A stretch of 35,384 nt of DNA from assembly GCA_043732185.1 (NCBI GenBank), contig JAYTHY010000049.1, positions 1-35,384 on the forward strand, given 5' to 3'. The notes under the pieces are model-generated. The model did no database searches and was not told the DNA's origin. It saw only the letters and a program-made list of their open reading frames with translations. This DNA comes from Fibrobacteria bacterium. GTDB taxonomy: Bacteria > Fibrobacterota > Fibrobacteria > UBA11236. The position numbers were made by a program, and so were the translations under genes. This document shows, in pieces, positions 27,356 through 35,384 of this stretch. Position 1 is the first letter of the stretch. Each line of letters opens with the position of its first letter.

Positions 27356-30300
27356 TCAGAAGGAATTTGGGATGAGTGACCAAGGCGTGAAGGTCACCTT
27401 CCCTAAACTTACATCGTCGCTCCAGTCACGGATGCGGGTGTCGACGTTTACTGTACTGGCTGCACCGCTCCAGTAACAATTCAAGGCGTTGAATCCGAGC
27501 GGCGTTCGATTTTCCAAGTCGTATGTCACATTGTTTACGAAATTGCTGCCTGTCATGGACAAGTTTGAAAAGTTCCTGACGAATACTCCGATATCAAAGT
27601 TTTTTACTTCACTGGAATCAAATGTTGTTGTACCTGAAACACTGTTTCCATAGTAGCCGGTAATTTCTAGCCCCATTCCCGTGCCGGCGCCGGAAAACTT
27701 GGCTTTGAAAAGATCCCCGCAGCCGATTTTCACTAGGGGAAGAGTAGATGCGAAAGAGAGCGCCGTTGAACCGATGTTAACTTTGGATTTAGGGAGATCC
27801 ACTACGGTGTTGTTTAAGGTGCATCCCCAAAAAGCCACAGGCCCTTCCGGTGAAGCACCCATGCCAACGGGCGAAGGAACACCCGCTTCCTTGAAAGTCG
27901 ATGAAGTGAGCGTTGTATTCCAAATTGTGAATGTCGAACCGTCGTCGCAGAGCAAGAAAGAGGTATTTGTAACTGAACTGCTGTCCACTTTGATTCCAAG
28001 GTTTAAATTGCTCGACTGGACTGTAGAATTGTTGATTATTGCGGAAATTATCTCGATGAGGATTCCTGTCCCATTTCCGGTCACCGTAAGGGAATCCATT
28101 AGCGTACGGCGTAGCAATAGTTTGGACGGGCCGGAGATGGCTTCTGCCGTAATTTTATTTTTAAGGAATGTGGCGTCATAGACGGTGAGGGTACCAGAAT
28201 TTTGGGTAGGTCCTGCGCCTAAACCATTGTTGCCTATTTGAAGCCCCTCGGGAGCGGATAACATCGCATACCCGATATGTGAATTGGACAAGTTGGATCC
28301 CTCGAATCTCAATGGCGATGCAATGTTCACCGAATCGGCAGCAATGCCAACAGCCGTGAGGCTACCCCCCTTGACCAAAATGGTGTACGGTCCTGAGATA
28401 CTGACTCCCGCACTGAATACTAAATCCACACCGTTAGGTACTACCAAGTCAGCCGTCAAAACATAAGGATTCATGGATTTATAAAAAGTGGTGGAACTTG
28501 ATAAAGTACCACCCACATAGGAAACCGCATGCACTAACAAGGTATCCACGACAAAATTACTGTCATCGTCCCTAACGCCGAATAGGACGGTGCGCGTACC
28601 ACCCTGCGAGACAGTGAATGTTGTGGTGGGGCTGGTGGTGCTTGAATCGTCCCAGGAGCCGTTGTCTTGCCAGTCCCATTTGTACATCACTACAGTTCCG
28701 AAATTTTGAGTTGCACTGCCGGTTAGGGTAAGTGATTGACCTACTCCAATGGTCGTATCCCTTCCTGCGGAAACTGCTGGTGCATCCTTTACCACATTCA
28801 CTACCATGATATCTTTTCCAACTTGGCCGTCGTCGTCAACGACACGCAGGGAACAAATTAATGTAGTAGCCACCTTTGGAGCAATTATTGTGGTGTCTCC
28901 ACTGGCGGCGATTCGGAAAGTGCCAGTGGCGCCTATGTCCCAGGCCCGCTCTACAATGCTGCCGTATACATCAGTACCTTTGCCACTCAGGTGAATGGTG
29001 TCGCCAATGGATACGGTCGTGTCCACACCTGCAAAAGCAGTTGGGGTATCCTTTAAAACCGTGATGATCACCGTATCTACACTTACATTGCCATCGTCAT
29101 CGGTGACCCTTAATATACAAGGCCAGGATGCCGCTGGGATTGATGGAGCCGTGACAATGGTGTCACCCTTGGAGACAGATTTGAAAGTCCCAGTGCCACC
29201 TAAATCCCAAGCCCAAGCGACTATGGTTCCGTATTTATCCGTGCCGTTTCCATGGAGTCGCACCAAGTCTTTGATGGACACGGTGGTATCTTTTCCAGCG
29301 GTGGCTACAGGCGCATCTTTAATTACAGTAACCTTAATGCTGCGTTCGGTGTAATCATTATCGTCATCCGTAACGCGAAAAACTGCGGTGTAGACTCCAA
29401 TCTTTGCATAACTATACACGGGAGCAAAGGGCTTGGTGGAGGTTGAATCCAGTGTTCCATTGCCGTCAAAGTCCCACCCATATCCAATTAATGGCCCGTC
29501 GATGTCCGAACCAGACCCGGTGAATTGGATGGGGTCATTGATGGTCACTGTCGTGTCCGCGCGCACGGCATTGACAACGGGAGATTGATTAATAATATCT
29601 ACTCGACGAAAGTCCGAAGATTCGTTTCCGTCATCGTCCCGCACTTTGAGTCTTGCGAGATAGGATGAGGCGTGATTGTAAACATGTGACACCTGACCCG
29701 TGGTGGAGGAATCGTCAAAGACATCGTCCCCGTCAAAGTCCCATAAATACTGGACTATGCTGCCAAAGGTTTGCGTGGCGGAACCTAAAAAATAAATTTT
29801 GGTATGAATAGGTGCGGCTGTGTCCGGCCCGGCATTGGCCATTGGAGCATCAGTTACATATCGAACGGAAAGACTGTCCCACCATAAAGCGCCTGCCTCG
29901 TCCGTGGCGGCGACATAAATAGTTTGCTTGGTTGCCTTTGTGTTGCTAACAATCACGCTGTCTTTACCAACTTGAGTGGATTCATTTTTAGTTGCGATAG
30001 GAACGCTCTTGTTGTCCGCGTAAAAAACTAATTTGACAATTCTGCGTGTTGGATTGGACCAGGAAGTCGAAACAGTAACAGAGTCACCGATACTCGCAGA
30101 ATCACCGCTTAGGCCAGCGGTTTTCCAGGCGAAAGAGGTGCGGACTTTGGTTGGCGAGGGTGCCTTTATAGTTATTGATTTGGAATAATTGGAGCTTAAG
30201 GTATTGGTTATATCCTGCGATTTTAAACAGTAGGTATATTCCTTGTTTGTAGAATCAAGTGTTGAAGAAAAAAGGGCATCAAGATAAGTGGTATCTTTGA

Positions 30301-31153
30301 CCAAAGCCCCGCCCAAACGCGTTGGAAGAGTAATCGTTGGCAGTGTACGGTACAAAACGTAGCCGGCCAAATCATCCACCTTTACTTTGCGCCAACGCAA
30401 TGTGGCTTTGCCTGTAAGCGTGTCGTAGGTAACTTGGAGGGCAACTGGTGCGGGAGGGGGAAAGGCTGGATCGGCTTCTAATTCACGCGTCAACAGTTTA
30501 GAGGTTTCTTCAGTTTTGACAACAATTCCGGTATCCTGGGTCGTTTTGAATCCGGTTTTCCGATAGGTGACACTATAGTTACCTAGTGGAATGCCGGATA
30601 GAGTGAAGAGGCCAGAATCCGAAGACTCGGAAAAATAGGAAGTGCCGGGAACGTAACATAGAACACCATTGCTGTCGCCTTCTCCGTATAATACTTTGCC
30701 AGAAATCTTGCCGGGTGCCCGCATGGTTATGGTGTTCAATTGAAGTAAGCTTCCTACGCCTTCGTACTGAACACGCTTCATAAAAAAGACCCATTTACCA
30801 TTGCCGAAATTGCTTTGAATATTATATGAACCGGGGACAAGGTTACTGAAAACGAATAGACCAGTACTGTCGGTATGTGCTGAATCTCCACTGCTTTGGA
30901 CCACCATTCCCGTTTTTAACAAAGGTTCATCGGTTTCCAAGTTGGCTTTAACAACGGCGCCCTTTACAGGTGTACCCTCTGGATCAATCAGGATTCCTAC
31001 CAAGCCTTTAGTTGGCTTTCCCTTCCCGCTATCCATGGGGTTGAGATCTTTACCATTGGGGTCGGTTACATTTTTTCCAGTACAAGCATGGACAATCAGG
31101 ATTAGCGTTGCTGCTGCAATTCCTCTTCCGAAGATTCTCAAGTAAGCGCGCAT
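27356..31153 (-). CDS. Large surface lipoprotein: carboxypeptidase-regulatory-like, Fn3-like and five PKD-like domains, then a C-terminal beta-helix-like region
   Basis: Lipobox LIVHA-C; repeats beginning DAP.A.AG.DT with WD(F)DG.G and V.DDDG(N/Q). Start at MRAYL (31153) preferred over 31165. Confidence 0.82.
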   Translation of the reverse strand: MRAYLRIFGRGIAAATLILIVHACTGKNVTDPNGKDLNPMDSGKGKPTKGLVGILIDPEGTPVKGAVVKANLETDEPLLKTGMVVQSSGDSAHTDSTGLFVFSNLVPGSYNIQSNFGNGKWVFFMKRVQYEGVGSLLQLNTITMRAPGKISGKVLYGEGDSNGVLCYVPGTSYFSESSDSGLFTLSGIPLGNYSVTYRKTGFKTTQDTGIVVKTEETSKLLTRELEADPAFPPPAPVALQVTYDTLTGKATLRWRKVKVDDLAGYVLYRTLPTITLPTRLGGALVKDTTYLDALFSSTLDSTNKEYTYCLKSQDITNTLSSNYSKSITIKAPSPTKVRTSFAWKTAGLSGDSASIGDSVTVSTSWSNPTRRIVKLVFYADNKSVPIATKNESTQVGKDSVIVSNTKATKQTIYVAATDEAGALWWDSLSVRYVTDAPMANAGPDTAAPIHTKIYFLGSATQTFGSIVQYLWDFDGDDVFDDSSTTGQVSHVYNHASSYLARLKVRDDDGNESSDFRRVDIINQSPVVNAVRADTTVTINDPIQFTGSGSDIDGPLIGYGWDFDGNGTLDSTSTKPFAPVYSYAKIGVYTAVFRVTDDDNDYTERSIKVTVIKDAPVATAGKDTTVSIKDLVRLHGNGTDKYGTIVAWAWDLGGTGTFKSVSKGDTIVTAPSIPAASWPCILRVTDDDGNVSVDTVIITVLKDTPTAFAGVDTTVSIGDTIHLSGKGTDVYGSIVERAWDIGATGTFRIAASGDTTIIAPKVATTLICSLRVVDDDGQVGKDIMVVNVVKDAPAVSAGRDTTIGVGQSLTLTGSATQNFGTVVMYKWDWQDNGSWDDSSTTSPTTTFTVSQGGTRTVLFGVRDDDSNFVVDTLLVHAVSYVGGTLSSSTTFYKSMNPYVLTADLVVPNGVDLVFSAGVSISGPYTILVKGGSLTAVGIAADSVNIASPLRFEGSNLSNSHIGYAMLSAPEGLQIGNNGLGAGPTQNSGTLTVYDATFLKNKITAEAISGPSKLLLRRTLMDSLTVTGNGTGILIEIISAIINNSTVQSSNLNLGIKVDSSSVTNTSFLLCDDGSTFTIWNTTLTSSTFKEAGVPSPVGMGASPEGPVAFWGCTLNNTVVDLPKSKVNIGSTALSFASTLPLVKIGCGDLFKAKFSGAGTGMGLEITGYYGNSVSGTTTFDSSEVKNFDIGVFVRNFSNLSMTGSNFVNNVTYDLENRTPLGFNALNCYWSGAASTVNVDTRIRDWSDDVSLGKVTFTPWSLIPNSF

Positions 31154-31163
31154 GGACGGTTTC

Positions 31164-31193
31164 ATTATAAAGGTGGAATGTTCATTTTGTCCA
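31164..31193 (-). promoter_or_regulatory. Sigma70-type promoter for the lipoprotein gene
   Basis: Minus strand TGGACA-N18-TATAAT. Confidence 0.5.
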
Positions 31194-31287
31194 TGTATTC
31201 CCTATTCTGGATGTTTTCTGAGGCTGGAAGAGGCGTTTGCTGCTAAACCATGGTTTCCTGCAGCAATTCCAACTATTATTGAATCCC

Positions 31288-32637
31288 ATGTTTACAGCCA
31301 ATACCTACACGCAGAGACGGGAAAAACTAAGGGAAAAAGTCGGTTCTGGTTTGATTTTGCTGCTGGGCCATGAGGACTGCCCCAAAAATTATCCTGCCAA
31401 TGCTTACCCCTTCCGACAAGACAGCAATTTGTTGTATTTTTTTGGCATTGACAAACCGGGCGTAACCGGACTTTTGGATGTTGACGCGAAGCAAGATTTC
31501 CTTTTTGGGCAGGACTGTACTTTAGAGGATGTGGTTTGGACTGGACGACAGCCCTCCCTGCAACAAATGGCCGAACAGGTTGGTGTATTCGAAAGCGGTT
31601 CACTGTCCCAACTTGCGGACAAATTGCAAATGGCTCAGTCCCAAGGACGCAAAATCCAGTTCCCGCCTGTGTACCGAGTTGAGCAGGGTTTAAAATTGGC
31701 CGGGCTACTCAATCAACCCTTTCCTCAAATTTTAAAAACCATTCATGCTGATTTAATTCGCGGCATTGTCGCGCTTAGGTCTATCAAATCAAAGGAAGAA
31801 TGTTCTGAAATTGAGTCTGCGTTAAAGGTTACCCATCAGGCATTTGCGGAGATGGCATTGTCCATTGGGGCCGGTGTCTATGAGTATGAATTAGTAGCGA
31901 TACTGGAAAAGGTATTCTCATCCCATAATCGAGCCGGTGCCTATCCCATTATATTGTCCGTCCATGGTGAAATTCTGCACAATCATGACCATACCAATCG
32001 ATTGCAAAACGGAGATCTGCTCTTGGTGGACGCGGGTGCTGAATCACAGGCACATTACGCGTCGGATATCACGCGTACTTTTTCAGTAGGGGACCGTTTC
32101 TCAACGGAACAAGCAGTGGTGCATGCCCTTGTACAAAAAGCGCAATCCTCAGCAATCGCTGCCATTAAACCTGGTGTACCCTATAAGGAAATCCATTTGC
32201 AGGCGGCCCGTATCATTGCTGAAGGACTCAAAGAAATTGGACTGATGAAGGGAAATATGGAGGAGGCCGTGGCGGCTGGAGCCCATGCGTTGTTTTTTCC
32301 CCATGGCCTTGGGCACATGCTTGGATTGGATGTGCATGATATGGAGGGCCTGGGCGAGGACTTTGTTGGTTATGACCACACGGTCACGCGCAGTGACCAG
32401 TTTGGGCTTGCTCATCTTCGTTTAGCCAAGGCATTGCAACCCGGTAACGTTCTCACGGTAGAGCCCGGCATATATTTTATCCCTGCCCTAATGGATCAAT
32501 GGGAAGCACAGAAAAAGTGTCAAGCTTTTATTGACTATAGAGTATTGCGTAGCTTCCGGAAAGCGGGAGGCATTCGCATTGAGGATGATGTTCTAGTTAC
32601 GGAAACCGGCAGCCGGGTACTGGGAAAAAAAATTTAA
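31288..32637 (+). CDS. pepP: Xaa-Pro aminopeptidase (aminopeptidase P, M24B)
   Basis: YPFRQDS, LRSIKS, ILHN, VDAGAE, YASDITRT, HGLGHMLGLDVHD, TVEPGIYF, GIRIEDDVLVT. Confidence 0.93.
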   Translation: MFTANTYTQRREKLREKVGSGLILLLGHEDCPKNYPANAYPFRQDSNLLYFFGIDKPGVTGLLDVDAKQDFLFGQDCTLEDVVWTGRQPSLQQMAEQVGVFESGSLSQLADKLQMAQSQGRKIQFPPVYRVEQGLKLAGLLNQPFPQILKTIHADLIRGIVALRSIKSKEECSEIESALKVTHQAFAEMALSIGAGVYEYELVAILEKVFSSHNRAGAYPIILSVHGEILHNHDHTNRLQNGDLLLVDAGAESQAHYASDITRTFSVGDRFSTEQAVVHALVQKAQSSAIAAIKPGVPYKEIHLQAARIIAEGLKEIGLMKGNMEEAVAAGAHALFFPHGLGHMLGLDVHDMEGLGEDFVGYDHTVTRSDQFGLAHLRLAKALQPGNVLTVEPGIYFIPALMDQWEAQKKCQAFIDYRVLRSFRKAGGIRIEDDVLVTETGSRVLGKKI

Positions 32638-32652
32638 TCAACCCAAGATTTT

Positions 32653-33456
32653 TTATGGGAGTAAACTGTCCCATTCCAATTCATACCCGCCATACTTCCG
32701 CATATTGATAACGCCGGTGCTGAGCAAGAGATATTGCCCTTTGATCCCTTGTAAATCGCCCTGTACCAGTGGCTCCTTGTCCAGATTTAGTGAGACGGGC
32801 TTTTCTGGGTATTTCAAGACGGGATATTGAAAGCGGTGCTCTTCCGCATCGGATAGTTTTTCTCCCGGTAACCCGGATGGCCAGTTGGAAAAAAGTGCGT
32901 CGCGTTTGCTTTGCAAATCCACTACTTCACCCTGTGATTTCAACATGAGCCGCCAGTTGGTCTTATCTGCCATGACCTTGCTCAACTGCGATTCCACTTG
33001 ACCGGATTCGAGTCTGGTTTTGACTTTTACAATGGGCAAAGCCTGTACGGCGCCTTGATCCATCCAACGGGTTTTCACCTGATGTGAGCGTGTGATGCCC
33101 ACTTTAATTCCGGAAGAGTTGGCCAGGTAGACGGTGTGTTCGATAAAGCAATGAGCCATGCCCCATTCCGGTTCACGGCAAGTGCCCAAGTGATAATGAC
33201 AAGTTTCCGGCCGCACGATGCACATATCGGTTTGAGCCAGCGTTTGCATACAACGGAAACAATAACCCTGTGAGAAACTGGTTTTAGTGGCCTTTCCACA
33301 ATGCACACAGAATATCCGACCGGTGAATCGAAATCGAACGGGTTGACCCAAAAGGGGATTCAATGGGATTTTTATGTCGCCGAGAGGCAAAGCATATTGG
33401 ACGACTTCAGCAGCCGCAGTATGCATTTTATTTATTGTGCCGATGATTGTTTGCAT
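32653..33456 (-). CDS. DUF2797 domain protein (Cys-rich)
   Basis: CVHCG, SFSQGYCFRC, CIVRPETCHYHLGTCRE, HTVYLANSSGIKVGITR, TRWMDQGA, GIKGQYL, NMRKYGGY. Confidence 0.88.
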   Translation of the reverse strand: MQTIIGTINKMHTAAAEVVQYALPLGDIKIPLNPLLGQPVRFRFTGRIFCVHCGKATKTSFSQGYCFRCMQTLAQTDMCIVRPETCHYHLGTCREPEWGMAHCFIEHTVYLANSSGIKVGITRSHQVKTRWMDQGAVQALPIVKVKTRLESGQVESQLSKVMADKTNWRLMLKSQGEVVDLQSKRDALFSNWPSGLPGEKLSDAEEHRFQYPVLKYPEKPVSLNLDKEPLVQGDLQGIKGQYLLLSTGVINMRKYGGYELEWDSLLP

Positions 33457-33742
33457 GGCTGGCCAAGATAACAAGATCCCCCAAAATACGCTTTCGGGCA
33501 ATTACTATTTCGACTCCCTCAATAGGATCGGTAGCATAACTTGAATGATATTTCCAGATCGTTAAAGTCACAGGTTGAAGTCCAGCCCTGGTTACTCGCA
33601 TTGTTGCCCCATTAGTGCCATAAAAAAGGGGTGGGTCGGCAACCCAACCCCCTGGCTGGGTAAACCTTGCATGCAAATTTGGATTCTCACTGACCTGAGC
33701 CGATACAAGAGTTGTTAAAAGTAGAATCAAATTTATCACCAT
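33428..33742 (-). CDS. Small hypothetical secreted protein, possibly a truncated fragment
   Basis: Strong AAGGAG RBS; signal-peptide-like INLILLLTTLVSA-Q; 3' end overlaps the DUF2797 start. Confidence 0.45.
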   Translation of the reverse strand: MVINLILLLTTLVSAQVSENPNLHARFTQPGGWVADPPLFYGTNGATMRVTRAGLQPVTLTIWKYHSSYATDPIEGVEIVIARKRILGDLVILASHANNHRHNK

Positions 33743-33915
33743 TGGCTCCTTAATCGTTCCATTTGAACGGGATTTAATATCGATAAGATTAAACCTAGGT
33801 CAAATACTGCCATAGGAGAAAAAATAAGAAGAGAAAAATTGGCAAATGGAGCATTATTTATGAACCGTGACCGCTCTCACTTCCAGCCCTTGACCAATGG
33901 GCTAGATTCCCTACC

Positions 33916-34134
33916 ATGAAAACTATCATCATGACCCCCGAAAAAGTTGAAGCCCTGATTTGCAAGGAAATCGAGTTTTTGGGGACCATAAAGGCGGAGT
34001 TTTTTCCCACTATTAAAAGGAGCAAGTTTGCACTATTGACAGGGGTATATTTAAGGAAAGAGTTAATTGGGGGAGAGGCTAGTTGGAACAATTTGAAAAG
34101 ACCGACTCAAATCGAGAAAAGACAAAATCAATAG
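33916..34134 (+). CDS. Small hypothetical protein, possibly a phage remnant
   Basis: 72-aa ORF directly upstream of and overlapping the terminase-like pseudogene; TTGACC-N16-TACCAT at its 5' end. Confidence 0.3.
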   Translation: MKTIIMTPEKVEALICKEIEFLGTIKAEFFPTIKRSKFALLTGVYLRKELIGGEASWNNLKRPTQIEKRQNQ

Positions 34135-34584
34135 GAAGGCCGTCTGTTTACGACCGTATCAGCTTAGTAGAGGTTAGCCGGTTCGCAAAGGCTGGACTGA
34201 CAAATGACCAAATAGCCGAACTTTGTGGAATTGCCCCATCAACCCTCTACCTTTATCAAAAGGAATACCCTGAATTTTCGGAGGCCATAAAGGAAAGCAA
34301 GGAAGCCTCAGATAACCGGGTACAGAGGGCTTTATTTGAACGGGCTACCGGGTTAGGTCTGCCCAGAAGAAAAAGTCTTCTATGACACCAGTAGGGGGTT
34401 TTATGTGATCCATACCATTATGTAGCACTATCCTCCTGATCTTACCTCAAAAATTTTCTGGTTAAAGAACCGAAAACCAAAAGAATTGAGATACAGGACG
34501 GTGGATAGCGGGGAAGGTTCAGGAGAGGATGCAAGCCTTCAACTCAGGCTTATTGCCGAAGCAATTCAATACCAAGATGGTTAA
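34083..34584 (+). pseudogene. Phage terminase small subunit-like HTH gene, disrupted
   Basis: GRPSVY..GLTNDQIAELCGIAPSTLY....YPEFSEAIK....DNRVQRALFERATG, then a +1 frameshift near 34352 into VCPEEKVFY..IHTIM*HYPPDLTSKIFWLKNRKPKE. In-frame TAG at 34423-34425; stop at 34582-34584. Confidence 0.8.
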
Positions 34585-34772
34585 GTTAAGGGAATTTAGA
34601 TGCCCCAACAAACCGGCAAGCCGTAGAAATGGGTGCCAGAGTCACTAGGTTTCCAAGGTATTACGGTGAATGCTGAAAGGCATGGGGACATAACCGGATG
34701 AAGGCAGGAATCATTGACCGGAAAGTGGCTTCGACATACTTTTGCACCATGGCTTTCACAAAGAGGGTTTTC

Positions 34773-35384
34773 GTGAAAAGAGTACTGCTATCCGCCGCCC
34801 TGTTTCTCATTCTAATTTCTCAGACATTTGCTCAATCTAATTGGACCACTCGATCTCCTTGGCCAACATCCCAATCTCTGTACTCTGTAACCTGGACGGG
34901 GAGCCAACTGGTGGTAGTGGGGGTTGGCGGCACTATCCTGACTTCCCCGGACGGCATAACCTGGACCGATAGAACTTCGGGAACAACGAAGGAACTGTCC
35001 TCCGTAACTTGGACGGGGAGCCAACTAGTGGCCGTGGGACGTGACGGCACTATCCTGACGTCCCCGGACGGCAATTCCTGGACTGGCAGAATTCCGGGAA
35101 CTACGAAGTATCTGCACTCTGTAACGTGGACGGGGAGCCAACTGGTGGTAGTGGGGGTTGGCGGCACTATCCTGACTTCCCCGGACGGCATAACCTGGAC
35201 CGGCAGAACTTCAGGAACTGGGAGGTCTCTGAACTCTGTAACGTGGACGGGGAGCCAACTAGTGGCCGTAGGAGATACAATCCTGACGTCCCCGGACGGC
35301 ATAACCTGGACCGGCAGAGCTTCGGGAACAACGAAGGAACTGTCCTCCGTAACTTGGACGGGGAGCCAACTAGTGGCCGTGGGA
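34773..35384 (+). CDS. Secreted BNR/Ycf48-like repeat beta-propeller protein (partial, runs off the window)
   Basis: GTG start after GAGGG (alternative ATG at 34749): MKRVLLSAALFLILISQTFA-QSNWTTR, then repeats L.SVTWTGSQLV.VG..GTILTSPDG.TWT; open to the window end. Not listed in the ORF track. Confidence 0.88.
   Translation, partial: MKRVLLSAALFLILISQTFAQSNWTTRSPWPTSQSLYSVTWTGSQLVVVGVGGTILTSPDGITWTDRTSGTTKELSSVTWTGSQLVAVGRDGTILTSPDGNSWTGRIPGTTKYLHSVTWTGSQLVVVGVGGTILTSPDGITWTGRTSGTGRSLNSVTWTGSQLVAVGDTILTSPDGITWTGRASGTTKELSSVTWTGSQLVAVG
34878..35384 (+). repeat. Intragenic 117-bp tandem repeat, more than four copies
   Basis: GTAAC(C/T/G)TGGACGGGGAGCCAACT at 34887, 35004, 35121, 35238 and 35349 (periods 117, 117, 117, 111). 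Confidence 0.93.

Noticed and set aside
34832..35302. 156-aa repetitive ORF on the minus strand, and the possibility of a CRISPR array
   Set aside because: It is the antisense shadow of the plus-strand repeat gene, which has an RBS and signal peptide. The repeats are codon-phased 117-bp units without unique spacers, and no cas genes are present.

Overview
Bacterial chromosomal window; the style of the secreted and lipoproteins suggests a Fibrobacterota-like Gram-negative organism, which is inference only. Left to right: a SoFic-like class II Fic gene with two tandem 29-bp palindromes upstream; a complete recC-recB-recD operon; a decayed sigma54-driven DUF642-like gene; an AspT/YidE transporter, hybrid kinase, fatty acid desaturase and DUF4185-like secreted protein; a beta-rich membrane protein and a sigma54-driven double cupin; a GAF hybrid kinase; an FkbM methyltransferase with a GT-C-like membrane protein; a metal-uptake locus; a 1,265-aa PKD-repeat lipoprotein; aminopeptidase P; DUF2797; a pseudogenised phage small-terminase-like gene; and the start of a beta-propeller gene built from 117-bp repeats. 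The most striking system is the metal-uptake locus: a His/CxxC leader ORF ending in an RGPP arrest-type motif precedes an outer-membrane protein, a ZnuA-like binding protein and a ZnuB-like permease, with no ATPase gene. No rRNA, tRNA or CRISPR array was seen. Family assignments come from recognised motifs; no database search was run.
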